A DNA stretch of 64,000 nucleotides from Chloroflexota bacterium (GTDB lineage Bacteria > Chloroflexota > Anaerolineae > Anaerolineales > UBA11579). The notes below the pieces were generated by a model, which made no database searches, was not told where the DNA came from, and saw only the letters and a program-made list of their open reading frames with translations. The stretch spans positions 3,792-67,791 of the forward strand of contig VRUJ01000006.1 of NCBI GenBank assembly GCA_019456165.1, in the 5' to 3' direction. Both the position numbers and the translations under genes were made by a program. Shown piece after piece: positions 30,026-40,542 of this stretch (positions within the stretch are counted from its first letter, which is position 1; every line of letters begins with the position of its first letter).

Positions 30026-31903
30026 TTATTCATGCGGATCGCCATCAATATTGGTATCTCTAGCAGGCAGGGGGTAATCCCCAGCAATGCCATATGCTTC
30101 ATAGCCTATGCCATACATGTACCACCTGCCATTGGAGGGCCTGTATATCGTCTGATCCCAGCTTCCATCCCCATCATAATCTCCCGGTACAGGGATATCT
30201 CCAGGTATACCCCAGGCCACATAGCCTAGCGAATACACATACCATCTGCCATTGCTGGGGCGGTAGATAATAAAATCGGTAGCCCCATCTCCATCGAAAT
30301 CTCCAGGTACGGGTATGTCTCCAGGTATCCCCCAGGCAGCATAACCCTGATCCTTGACGTACCACCTTCCGTTGCTGGGTCGATATATGGCAATGTCGCA
30401 ATCCCCATCCCCGTCATAATTCCCGGGGACTGGGATGTCGCCTGCGATCCCATAGGCTGTGTAGCCCTGGTCTTTGACATACCACCTGCCGTTGCTGGGC
30501 CGGTAGATGGCAATGTCAGCATCCCCATCCCCATCATAGTCGCATGGCATGGGGATATCACCAGCAACGCCAAAACCCACATTGCCACCCCCGTAAAAAT
30601 ACCATCTGCCGTTGGAGGGCCGGTAGATGGCGATGTCAGCATCCCCATCCCCATCATAATCTCCTGGTACGGGGATATCCCCTGTGGTCCCGTAGGCGGC
30701 TAGTAATCCTGCGTTTGATGTGTACCAACGCCCATTGGATGGGCGGTAGATCGAGACATCCGTGTCGCCATCACCATCAAAATCAGCTGGGGGAACAGCA
30801 GAGCAGATAACGTTTGTGCTGGATACGATCGTCACTCCGGACAGCCAGGCCTGGAAACTTGCGCTAGGTGGTTCACACAGGCTGGTATAACTAAAGTCGA
30901 ATATGTTCAAACTGGCCAGATTGGTAAAGCTCGCGGGCAGCCACCCAGTCAAGTTGTTATGGTCCAAATAGAGCCTTGTCAAGTTTGAGAGATTGCCCAA
31001 CTCTGTGGGGATGCTGCCTGTCAGGCTGTTGTTCCACAAATAGATCTCAACCAAATTTGTGAGATTTCCCAACTCAGCCGGAATACTTCCCGTCAAGCCA
31101 GTGTTGAACAAATAGAGAAATTGTAGGTTTGTGAGATTGCCCAGCTCTGCCGGAATGCTTCCACTCAGGCTGTTGTTATGCATAGAGAGCTCTTGTAGGT
31201 TTGAGAGATCACCCAACTCTGTGGGGATAGCGCCCGTCAGGCTGTTGTTGCTCAACGACAGTAACGTCAAGTTTGAAAGATTGCCCAACTCTGCTGGGAT
31301 GCTGCCTGTCAGGTTATTACTGGACAATCCCAGGCTATACAAGTACGGGATATTCCCTAACTGTGCCGGGATGCTTCCCGATAAGTCGTTTTGATACAAA
31401 TTGAGCTGTATCAAGTTTGAAAGGTTGCCCAACTCTGGGGGTATGTCCCCCGTCAGGTTGTTATTGCCCAAATTAATGTGCGTCAAATTTGAAAGATTTC
31501 CCAACTCTGCGGGAATCTCCCCCGTCAGGCTACAGTTGATACAATGGAACTTTATCAAGTTCGATAGATTCCCCAACTGTGTGGGGATAGTTCCCACAAG
31601 ATTGTTGTTCGTTAAGTCTAACGTGGTCACACTCCCGGTGGTGCAGACTACGCCATACCAACTACAAGGCGTGGAACTAAAAACCCAATCTGTAGATGTT
31701 GTCCAACTGCCGCCATTTGTGCTGCTGTGCAGCGCCGCCAATGCTTCGCACTGTGCCGTGGGTATCTCGCTCTGATCTACGGAACAATCATATGCAATTA
31801 GCATAGCCGGAGTGGATTCTATCCCCGGGGCAATGAGGATTAATGAGCTAAATAACATCAGCACGATTCCACTCCATGATAGCCTTCTTTTTTGTATCAT
31901 CAT
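30026..31903 (-). CDS. Secreted protein: signal peptide, LRRNT-like cap, ~10 plant-type 24-aa LRRs, six FG-GAP-like (DxDGDG...YRPSNGRWY) repeats (copy 2, intact)
   Basis: Signal peptide MMIQKRRLSWSGIVLMLFSSLILIA. Cap CSWYGVVCTTGSVTTLDLTNNNL. Repeats of LTGSIPxELGNLSNLTxLxLxxNx. Repeats of [28 protein letters not shown]. Terminal [16 protein letters not shown]. Confidence 0.85.
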   Translation of the reverse strand: MMIQKRRLSWSGIVLMLFSSLILIAPGIESTPAMLIAYDCSVDQSEIPTAQCEALAALHSSTNGGSWTTSTDWVFSSTPCSWYGVVCTTGSVTTLDLTNNNLVGTIPTQLGNLSNLIKFHCINCSLTGEIPAELGNLSNLTHINLGNNNLTGDIPPELGNLSNLIQLNLYQNDLSGSIPAQLGNIPYLYSLGLSSNNLTGSIPAELGNLSNLTLLSLSNNSLTGAIPTELGDLSNLQELSMHNNSLSGSIPAELGNLTNLQFLYLFNTGLTGSIPAELGNLTNLVEIYLWNNSLTGSIPTELGNLSNLTRLYLDHNNLTGWLPASFTNLASLNIFDFSYTSLCEPPSASFQAWLSGVTIVSSTNVICSAVPPADFDGDGDTDVSIYRPSNGRWYTSNAGLLAAYGTTGDIPVPGDYDGDGDADIAIYRPSNGRWYFYGGGNVGFGVAGDIPMPCDYDGDGDADIAIYRPSNGRWYVKDQGYTAYGIAGDIPVPGNYDGDGDCDIAIYRPSNGRWYVKDQGYAAWGIPGDIPVPGDFDGDGATDFIIYRPSNGRWYVYSLGYVAWGIPGDIPVPGDYDGDGSWDQTIYRPSNGRWYMYGIGYEAYGIAGDYPLPARDTNIDGDPHE

Positions 31904-32077
31904 CTTCTCCTCTATGAGTAGGTTTCCCCGGTCCGGGGTGAGTTACCCTTTATCTGTGTTACTAAATTACTCAAATACCTCTACCGAATATCCGGCCAAT
32001 TGATTCAACATCGAGTGGATGCATAGAATTTACAGGCTGGCCAATGGGAAATCCATTATTTGCGTAAAAAAGGTTAC

Positions 32078-33985
32078 TCACTCATGCGGATCGCCATCAA
32101 TATTAGTATCTCTGGCAGGCAGGGGATAATCCCCTGCGATGCCAAATGCTTCATAGCCTATGCCATACATGTACCACCTGCCGTTGGATGGCCTGTAAAT
32201 CGTCTGATCCCAACTCCCATCCCCATCATAATCTCCAGGTACTGGGATATCGCCAGGGATGCCATAGGCCACGTAGCCTTGTCCTAACACATACCATCTG
32301 CCGTTGCTCGGGCGGTAGATGGCCACATCGAAATCGCCATCCCCATCATAATCTCCAGGTACGGGTATGTCTCCAGAGATCCCCCAGGCCGAATAACCCT
32401 GACCCAGGACGTACCACCTTCCGTTGCTCGGCCTGTAGATGGCAACATCACAACTCCCATCCCCGTCATAATCTCCAGGGACTGGGATGTCGCCTGCGAT
32501 CCCATAGGCTGTGTAACCTTGGTCTTTGACATACCACCTGCCATTACTCGGACGGTAAATGGCTACGTCAGCGTCCCCATCTCCATCATAGTCGCAGGGC
32601 ATGGGGATATCACCAGCAACGCCAAAGCCCGAATTCCCGCCCCAAAAGAAGTACCATCTGCCGTTAGAAGGGCGGTAGACGGCGATGTCAGAATCCCCAT
32701 CCCCGTCATAGTCTTGAGGTATGGGGATATCACCTGTGGTCCCATAGGCGGCCAGTAATCCTGCGGATGCTGTGTACCACCTCCCATTGGATGGACGGTA
32801 GATCGATACATCCGTGTCGCCATCACCATCAAAATCAGCTGGGGGAACAGCAGAGCAGATAACGTTTGTGCTGGATACGATCGTCACTCCGGACAGCCAG
32901 GCCTGGAAACTTGCGCTAGGTGGTTCACACAGGCTGGTATAACTAAAGTCGAATATGTTCAAACTGGCCAGATTGGTAAAGCTCGCGGGCAGCCACCCAG
33001 TCAAGTTGTTATGGTCCAAATAGAGCCTTGTCAAGTTTGAGAGATTGCCCAACTCTGTGGGGATGCTGCCTGTCAGGCTGTTGTTCCACAAATAGATCTC
33101 AACCAAATTTGTGAGATTTCCCAACTCAGCCGGGATGCTGCCTGTCAAGCTGTTTTCGTTCAAATAGAGCTCATACAAATTTGTGAGATTTCCCAACTCA
33201 GCCGGAATACTTCCCCTCAAGCCAGTGTTGAACAAATAGAGAAATTGTAGGTTTGTGAGATTGCCCAGCTCTGCCGGAATGCTTCCACTCAGGCTGTTGT
33301 TATGCATAGAGAGCTCTTGTAGGTTTGAGAGATCACCCAACTCTGTGGGGATAGCGCCCGTCAGGCTGTTGTTGCTCAACGACAGTAACGTCAAGTTTGA
33401 AAGATTGCCCAACTGTGTGGGAATGCCCCCCGTCAGGCTGTTGTTGTTCAAAGCGAGCCTTGTCAAGTTTGAGAGATTGCCCAACTCTGTGGGAATGCCC
33501 CCCGTCAGGCTGTTGCCGCCCAAATCGAGCCTTGTCAAGTTTGAGAGATTGCCCAACTCTGTGGGGATGTTGCCTGTCAAGCTGTTGCTATTCAACCAAA
33601 GCGATTCCAAGTTAGTAAGGTTTTCCAACTCTGTGGGGATATTACCCGCAAGATTGTTAAGCCCTAGGTCTAACGTGGTCACATTCCCGGTGGTGCAGGT
33701 TACCTCGAACCACGAGCAGGGTGTGTTGGTTGTTTTCCAGCCTGTATTGTTATTCCAGCTTGCCCCGGTCGTCCCATCATACAAAGCCACCAGAGCTAGG
33801 CATTGCGCCTCTGGCATATCGGTCTGGTCGCCTGGATTGGTGCAGCCAGTGTATGCCGCAACAAAAGGCTTGGCCTGGGCCTGGGTGGCTCCTCCAAGCG
33901 CACTAACCATTAAAAACAACATAAATATCAGCGCGAATACAAGCCGTGATAATCTCCGCTTTTGTGACATCCTTTTTTCCTCCAT
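32078..33985 (-). CDS. Secreted LRR/FG-GAP-repeat protein (copy 3, intact; one extra LRR unit relative to copy 2)
   Basis: 635 aa. Long stretches are nucleotide-identical to copy 2 (e.g. 32834-33130 equals 30783-31080). An extra 72-bp LRR unit sits at ~33130-33200. Confidence 0.85.
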   Translation of the reverse strand: MEEKRMSQKRRLSRLVFALIFMLFLMVSALGGATQAQAKPFVAAYTGCTNPGDQTDMPEAQCLALVALYDGTTGASWNNNTGWKTTNTPCSWFEVTCTTGNVTTLDLGLNNLAGNIPTELENLTNLESLWLNSNSLTGNIPTELGNLSNLTRLDLGGNSLTGGIPTELGNLSNLTRLALNNNSLTGGIPTQLGNLSNLTLLSLSNNSLTGAIPTELGDLSNLQELSMHNNSLSGSIPAELGNLTNLQFLYLFNTGLRGSIPAELGNLTNLYELYLNENSLTGSIPAELGNLTNLVEIYLWNNSLTGSIPTELGNLSNLTRLYLDHNNLTGWLPASFTNLASLNIFDFSYTSLCEPPSASFQAWLSGVTIVSSTNVICSAVPPADFDGDGDTDVSIYRPSNGRWYTASAGLLAAYGTTGDIPIPQDYDGDGDSDIAVYRPSNGRWYFFWGGNSGFGVAGDIPMPCDYDGDGDADVAIYRPSNGRWYVKDQGYTAYGIAGDIPVPGDYDGDGSCDVAIYRPSNGRWYVLGQGYSAWGISGDIPVPGDYDGDGDFDVAIYRPSNGRWYVLGQGYVAYGIPGDIPVPGDYDGDGSWDQTIYRPSNGRWYMYGIGYEAFGIAGDYPLPARDTNIDGDPHE

Positions 33986-34146
33986 GTGCTGTTCTCCCTA
34001 ATACGTAGTTGATATATTTATTTATATAGCAGAATTAATCTTATTATCTCCACCGAATATCCGACCAATTGATTCAACATCGAGTGGATGCATAGAATTT
34101 ACAGGCTGGCCAATGGGAAATCCATTATTTGCGCAAAAAAGATTAC

Positions 34147-36141
34147 TCACTCATGCGGATCGCCATCTATATTTGTATCTCTGGCTGGCAGGGGATAATC
34201 TCCTGCAATTCCATATGCTTCATAACCGATACCATACATGTACCATCTGCCGTTGGAGGGCCTATATATCGTCTGATCCCAGCTGCCATCCCCATCATAA
34301 TCCCCCGGCACGGGGATGTCCCCAGGGATGCCGTAGGCCACGTAGCCTTGACCCAACACGTACCACCTGCCGTTGCTTGGGCGGTAGATCGCAAAATCGA
34401 AATCCCCATCCCCATCGTAATCTCCAGGTACGGGTATGTCTCCAGGGATCCCATAAGCCCAATAGCCCTGATCCTTGACGTACCACCTGCCGTTGCTGGG
34501 CCTGTAGATGGCGATGTCACAATCCCCATCCCCGTCATAATCCCCAGGCACCGGGATGTCCCCTGCAATCCCATAGGCTGTGTAGCCCTGGTCTTTGACA
34601 TACCACCTGCCATTGCTCGGACGGTAGATGGCGATGTCAGCATCCCCGTCTCCATCATAGTCGCATGGCATGGGGATATCACCAGCAACGCCAAAACCCA
34701 CATTGCCACCCCCGTAAAAATACCATCTGCCGTTGGAGGGCCGGTAGATGGCGATGTCAGCATCCCCATCCCCATCATAATCTCCTGGTACGGGGATATC
34801 CCCTGTGGTCCCGTAGGCGGCCAGTAATCCTGCGTTTGATGTGTACCAACGCCCATTGGACGGACGGAAGATGGATACATCTGTTGAGTCATTACCATCA
34901 AAATCAGCGGGGAGAACTGATACTGGTGAGCAGATAACGTTAGTGCTAGAATAGGAATCCAAGCCAGTCAGCCAGCTTTGGAAACTTTAATCAGACAGTT
35001 CACACAGACGGGTGCCGTAAAAATGAAATATTTCCAAATTGGTCAGATTGGTCAGGTTCATGGGCAACCATCCACCCAGGGAAGTGTTGTTTTGAATCAT
35101 TAAGTCAGTCAGATTTGTCAAGTTGCCCAGCTCTGTTGGAACAATTCCTCCTAAACTATTGGCGTTCAAAAAGAGAATTTGCAGATTTGAGAGATTGCCC
35201 AATTGGGAGGGGATGCTACCCGTCAAGCTGTTGTTGTTCAACCAGAGCTTTGTCAAGTTTGAAAGATTGCCCAACTGTGTGGGAATGCTCCCGGTCAGGC
35301 TGTTGGTGCTCAACGCCAGGTACGTCAAGTTTGAGAGATTGCCCAACCATGTGGGAATGCCCCCCGTCAAACTGTTGGTGTGCAAATTGAGTTTTGTCAA
35401 GTTTGAAAGAGAGCCCAACTGTGTAGGAATGCTCCCCGTCAGGCTGTTGCTGGCCAACACCAGGATCATCAGGTTTGAGAGATTGCCCAACTGTGTGGGA
35501 ATAGCGCCCGTCAAGCCGTTATCCCATAAATTGAGCTCTATCAAGTTTGTGAGGTTTCCCAACTCAATGGGGATTGCACCAGCCAGGCTGTTGCGGCCCA
35601 ATGACAAATACGTCAAGTTTAAGAAATCGCCTAACTCTGTGGGAATGGCGCCCGTCAAGCCGTTATAGCCCAAATCGAGATGTTGCAAGTTTGCCAGGTT
35701 ACCCAACTCAGTGGGAATGCCCCCCGTCAGGCTATTGCTTTTCAACGACAGGTACGTCAAGTAAGTGAGGTTGCCCAATTGTGTATGAATGCTGCCCGCA
35801 AGATTGTTAAGCCCTAAGTCTAACGTGGTCACACTCCCGGTGGTGCAGGTTACGCGATACCACGAGCAGGGGGTATTGGTGGTTTTCCAGCCTGTATTGA
35901 TATCCCAGCTCCCCCCGGTCGTCCCATCATACAAAGCCACCAGCGCCTCACATTCAACTTGGGGCATGTCAGTCTGGTCACCTGGATTGGTGCAGCCGGT
36001 GTAGGCCGCAGCAGCAGGCTCAGCCAGGGCATTGATGACTCCGCCAAGTGCAATAGCCAATATAAACACCATAAACACCAGCGCGATTCCACGGCGTGAT
36101 AATCTCCGCTTTTGTGACATCCTTTTTTCCTCCTTGGGCAT
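34147..36141 (-). pseudogene. LRR/FG-GAP-repeat protein copy 4, interrupted by a single in-frame TAA (may still yield a truncated secreted LRR-only product from 34987..36141)
   Basis: Minus-strand reading ...RLCELSD*SFQSWLTG... versus copy 1 ...LCEPPDSSFQTWLS. The TCA->TAA change lies at ~34966-34968. The two halves are in the same frame (ORFs 34987..36141 and 34147..34962). Confidence 0.7.
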
Positions 36142-36382
36142 TTCTCCTTTTTCCGTAGTGAATATATTTATCTATATTGCAGATTTAATCGTATTATCTC
36201 CCCCGAAAATCCGGCCAAAAATTTCAATATCGGGTGGATAAAAAGATTATACAGAATCAGTCCCATGAAGTCAAGCATCGGAAACAACCAGGTATTCTGG
36301 CTTTTTCCACAATAATCTAATTGAGGTAGAATTCACTTAAGAATAAATAACTAACTTTGCCCTGGAGGAAAATATAAGATCG

Positions 36383-36838
36383 ATGAGCGATAATAGAAAA
36401 GACGATCTGTCCGCATTGGAAGTGGTTACTGAATATTCCGCCGCCATAGCTGCAGCAAATACCGATAAGATGAAAGCGCTGCAATCCGCAGACTATCTGT
36501 TAGATTGGGTTTATGCAGATGCCTTTGAAAACCCTGCTAGAACAGCACAGGAAATGGATACCTTTTGGCCTGCCTGGTTCGCAGGTTTCCCAGATATGGA
36601 TTATGAGGTCACCCGCACAATCGCCGCTGAAGAAGTCGTCGTTGTGCAATGGGTTTTCACAGGTACGAATACCGGCACTTTAATGCCTCCCGCTTTTAGA
36701 GAACCAAGAGAGCCAACCGGAAGAATAATCCAGATCCGGGGTGTATCCATATACGATGTGCGCGCAGGTTTAATCAGCTGCGAGACCACTTATATTGACC
36801 TGGCTACGCTGATGGTCGAACTTGGGATCGTTTTGTGA
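36383..36838 (+). CDS. SnoaL-like / NTF2-fold protein (ester cyclase-like)
   Basis: 151 aa with a weak, pattern-level resemblance to SnoaL-like polyketide cyclases (N-terminal helices then beta-sheet pattern). Confidence 0.5.
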   Translation: MSDNRKDDLSALEVVTEYSAAIAAANTDKMKALQSADYLLDWVYADAFENPARTAQEMDTFWPAWFAGFPDMDYEVTRTIAAEEVVVVQWVFTGTNTGTLMPPAFREPREPTGRIIQIRGVSIYDVRAGLISCETTYIDLATLMVELGIVL

Positions 36839-38253
36839 GTCAACCTGGTAAACACCCCTTCCATATGGGTGAGATGGTGGCCGCCGATCAAGTCATCACC
36901 GCTGGAATGTCCTCGCGTCGCGCCTGGAGGGTTGTGCTGCTGTTATCCATCAGCATGGGCATCATGATGACAGGATTTGGTATAGTATTCCCTATCTTTG
37001 CCAGACGTTTGGGTGAACTCGGCTCTGGAGTAGAAGCTCTGGGCTTAATGATCATGGCCTACGCGCTAACCAATATCGTCGGCGCGCCGTTGATGGGGGT
37101 ATTGGCAGACCGGTTGGGCAGGCGTCCTGTAGTGCTTGGCTCACTGGCAACATTTGTAGCCGTCAACCTGGGGTTTTTATTGGCAAACTCAACTAATGAG
37201 TTCATCCTGATACGCGCCATTGAAGGCTTTTTTATGGCCGGGCTAAGCCCGGCTGCTCTGGGAATTATCGCGGATATAGCCCCAGAAGACAGCCGCGGGC
37301 GTTGGGTTGGAATTTTCAACGGCGGCGCCTCTGCAGGTTGGATCCTGGGGCCAGCCTTAGGCGGGGTGCTTTACGATTCATTTGGTTTCGCGGCTCCTTT
37401 CATAGCTTCCGCAATTATGGCCTCCCTGGCTTTCGCAGCAGCATTCTTTCTAATCCCAGAAACCCGCCCGCGTATTGTGCGCCAACGCGAGGCGCTGCGC
37501 CACCTTAGGACTGCGGCAATATCCCCAACCAAGAAAGCCACCTTCTGGGATACGATCCCCCGGCCAATCTCAACTTTTGGGATTTTGCTTTTTGTCAATT
37601 TCATGCTTTTCTTCTCTTGGACTTTCATCGACCCGGCATTGATGTTCTACGTTTACGATGAGCTTCTGTGGACAAGCGCGCAGTTTGGGATCGCGGTTGG
37701 CGGCTATGGGGCCGCAGCAATGTTTGGCGAGTTGACGCTAGGGCGTTTGAGCGACAGATACGGACGCAAGCCAGTATTGATTGCTGGAATATTTTTATTC
37801 TCGGCCCAGTTCTTCGGGGTGGTGTTTTCTACCAGTTTACTTATGATAATGCTGGCCTTTTTCATTGGCGGCCTTGGAGAATCGCTGATATGGCCTGCCT
37901 TGAACGCCTTATACATGGATATCACCCCAGAGCAGCACAAGGCGAGGGTGATGGGGATCACAGGGTCAGCGGGTTCGTTGGGTGGGGTTGTCGGTCCTGC
38001 GCTAGTAATCCTTGTCGCCGGGGTCATCTCTCCCCGCAGCATCTTCGCGATTTCACTGATCGTAGTTCTATCGGGGACATTGCTGGTGTTTATCATCCTT
38101 AAAGAACCCAAAAAAGTAACCAAAAAAGCCACCTACCTGACGCTAGAAGCCACTAAAAAGCGTTCCATGGCAGCACAAGCTTCCTTGCGCGGCGTGGTTA
38201 CGCGTGCAAGCGCTTCACGGAGCACAAAAGTTACTGGGAAGCGATCAGATTAA
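36835..38253 (+). CDS. MFS transporter
   Basis: 12-14 TM segments. GVLADRLGRRPV motif. GTG start overlapping the upstream stop. Confidence 0.8.
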   Translation: MSQPGKHPFHMGEMVAADQVITAGMSSRRAWRVVLLLSISMGIMMTGFGIVFPIFARRLGELGSGVEALGLMIMAYALTNIVGAPLMGVLADRLGRRPVVLGSLATFVAVNLGFLLANSTNEFILIRAIEGFFMAGLSPAALGIIADIAPEDSRGRWVGIFNGGASAGWILGPALGGVLYDSFGFAAPFIASAIMASLAFAAAFFLIPETRPRIVRQREALRHLRTAAISPTKKATFWDTIPRPISTFGILLFVNFMLFFSWTFIDPALMFYVYDELLWTSAQFGIAVGGYGAAAMFGELTLGRLSDRYGRKPVLIAGIFLFSAQFFGVVFSTSLLMIMLAFFIGGLGESLIWPALNALYMDITPEQHKARVMGITGSAGSLGGVVGPALVILVAGVISPRSIFAISLIVVLSGTLLVFIILKEPKKVTKKATYLTLEATKKRSMAAQASLRGVVTRASASRSTKVTGKRSD

Positions 38254-38336
38254 CCTCAAACTAGATTCACAAGTTTAGTATATGAGATAATATTAGTATT
38301 AATCAGCATGTTGTATTCATCAATTAGGAGCCGACT

Positions 38337-39545
38337 ATGGACTTCAGTATTCCTGACAAAATCAAAAGCATTATCGAGACCATTGATACATTTGTGCGCG
38401 AGGAAATCCAACCACTCGAGGAAGATTTCCTCACCAGCCCTATCGAACAGACCCTTCCAAAGCTAGAGGAAAAGCGCAAAAAGGTTAAAGACCTGGGGTT
38501 GTGGTCCCCGCACCTGCCTGAAGAATACGAAGGCATGGGGCTTTCCTTAAACGAATTTGCCCATGTTAGCGAGACTCTGGGGCGCAGCCCTTTGGGTCAC
38601 TATGCCTTCAACTGCCAGGCGCCGGATGTGGGTAATATGGAAATATTACTCGAGCACGGCACAGAGGAACAGAAGGAAACCTACCTGCGGCCGCTTGCTC
38701 GTGGCGAGATACGCAGCTGTTTTGCCATGACAGAACCTGAGTTTGCCGGCTCCAACCCCACCCACATGGCCTCCAGCGCAGTTAAGGACGGCGAGGATTA
38801 CGTGATAAATGGGCACAAGTGGTTTACTTCTGCCGCGGATGGTTCCGCATTTGCGATCACGATGGCGATCACCAACCCAGATGCAGAAAAAATTCACCAT
38901 CGCGCCAGCCAGATCATCGTGCCTACCGATACGCCTGGTTACGAACTGGTGCGCAACATCCCTGTGATGGGGCATACAGGTGAGGGTTATTTCAGCCACG
39001 GAGAGACTCGTTTCACAGACTGCCGCGTCCCGCAGAGCAACCTGCTTGGCGAGGAGGGCCGCGGTTTTGCTATCGCCCAGGAAAGATTGGGCCCTGGGCG
39101 CATCCACCACTGCATGCGCTGGATCGGCATTTGCGAGCGGGCTTTGGAATTGATGTGCAAATATGCCGTCTCGCGCGAACTCAGCCCCGGTAAACCTTTG
39201 GCCAGCCGCCAGATCATCCAAGCCTGGATTGCTGAGAGTCGCGCCGAGATCAACGCTGCCCGCCTGTTGGTTCTGCAAGCCGCATGGAAAATAGATAAAG
39301 AAGGCCAATACGCCAGCCGCAATGAGATCTCGATCATCAAATTCTTTGTTGCGGGTGTACTGCAGAAAGTGGTCGACCGTGCTATCCAGGTACACGGCGG
39401 GTTGGGAGTGACTGATTACACACCCTTAGCCTACTGGTTCCGCCACGAACGTGCAGCCCGAATTTACGATGGTCCCGACGAAGTACACAAGGCTGTGATT
39501 GCCCGTCGGATTTTAAAAGAGTACGGTGTGCAAACCAGCATTTAA
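38337..39545 (+). CDS. Acyl-CoA dehydrogenase family protein
   Basis: ACAD N/M/C-domain hallmarks (CFAMTEPEFAGSNP, ...QVHGGLGVTDY...). Confidence 0.85.
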   Translation: MDFSIPDKIKSIIETIDTFVREEIQPLEEDFLTSPIEQTLPKLEEKRKKVKDLGLWSPHLPEEYEGMGLSLNEFAHVSETLGRSPLGHYAFNCQAPDVGNMEILLEHGTEEQKETYLRPLARGEIRSCFAMTEPEFAGSNPTHMASSAVKDGEDYVINGHKWFTSAADGSAFAITMAITNPDAEKIHHRASQIIVPTDTPGYELVRNIPVMGHTGEGYFSHGETRFTDCRVPQSNLLGEEGRGFAIAQERLGPGRIHHCMRWIGICERALELMCKYAVSRELSPGKPLASRQIIQAWIAESRAEINAARLLVLQAAWKIDKEGQYASRNEISIIKFFVAGVLQKVVDRAIQVHGGLGVTDYTPLAYWFRHERAARIYDGPDEVHKAVIARRILKEYGVQTSI

Positions 39546-39556
39546 TTATTTCGTCT

Positions 39557-40516
39557 ATGAATCCGGTTATCGAAAAACTACTCAATTCCCAAAAACCAAG
39601 CATACGTTACAAAGCCCTGGTGAATGTTCTCGGGCATGATCCAGACGCATCTGAAATTAAACAACTTCAGGAGGAGATACACAGTTCTCAGCGTGTAGGG
39701 TTGCTGCTTTCGGAGCGGGGTAAAGATGGCTGCACACCCCAACACGCGTATTCCAAATGGGACGGCGCGCATTGGATCTTAGCCACCCTGGCAGATCTGA
39801 GCTACCCTCCCGGAGACCAAAGCCTGGAGCCTCTACGCGAACAAGCCCTCGAATGGCTATTCTCCAGTGGTCACGAAAAGCACTTCGCCAAGCGAACGAT
39901 TGCCGACCGGGTGCGTATGCATCCATCCCAAGAGGGCAACGCCATCCATTACCTGCTCAAGCTCGGTCTGGCCGACGAACGCGTGGAAAAACTTGTAGAG
40001 CGCGTATTGTCGTGGCAATGGCCGGACGGCGGTTGGAACTGCGACATGAACCCAGAGACAAGTATCTCATCGTTCATGGAAACACTTATACCCCTGAGAG
40101 GCTTGGCGCTCTTTGCCCGGACCACTGGGGATAATAAGGCGAAAGAGGTAACAGAGCGCTCCGCAGAAATTTTCCTGAAGCGTAATTTGTATAAAAGGCA
40201 GCAGGATGGCGCCGTGATGAACTACAACTTCGTCAAGCTGCACTACCCCTGCTATTGGCATTACGACATTCTGTTCGGCTTGAAGGTCATGGCAGAGGCA
40301 GGTTATATCAACGACAAGCGCTGCACCGCAGCTATAAGCTTGCTAGAATCTAAACGCCTGCCCGATGGCGGTTTCCCTGCGGAAGCCAAGTATTACCGGG
40401 TTACTGATAAAAGCATTTCCGGCCGCTCTCTGGTGGATTGGGGAGGCACCAGCAAAAAGCAGATGAACGAATTCGTGACTGTGGATGCTTTGTCAGTGTT
40501 AAATGATTTAGAATAA
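39557..40516 (+). CDS. Hypothetical protein with prenyltransferase/squalene-oxidase-like (alpha/alpha-toroid) repeats
   Basis: Repeated Q/W-x-x-DGGW/F motifs (WQWPDGGWNC, RLPDGGFPAE). Confidence 0.4.
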   Translation: MNPVIEKLLNSQKPSIRYKALVNVLGHDPDASEIKQLQEEIHSSQRVGLLLSERGKDGCTPQHAYSKWDGAHWILATLADLSYPPGDQSLEPLREQALEWLFSSGHEKHFAKRTIADRVRMHPSQEGNAIHYLLKLGLADERVEKLVERVLSWQWPDGGWNCDMNPETSISSFMETLIPLRGLALFARTTGDNKAKEVTERSAEIFLKRNLYKRQQDGAVMNYNFVKLHYPCYWHYDILFGLKVMAEAGYINDKRCTAAISLLESKRLPDGGFPAEAKYYRVTDKSISGRSLVDWGGTSKKQMNEFVTVDALSVLNDLE

Positions 40517-40542
40517 CTTTAATCTCAAATACCCAAGATCAT

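Noticed and set aside
28109-35768. Long plus-strand ORFs (e.g. 28171..28794, 29134..29718, 31131..31775, 33255..34001, 34129..34827, 35123..35668) encoding RLPNSVGMPPVRLLL-type repeats
   Set aside because: These are antisense reading frames of the periodic LRR and FG-GAP coding repeats on the minus strand. They have no independent start or RBS context, and their periodicity mirrors the sense-strand repeats.
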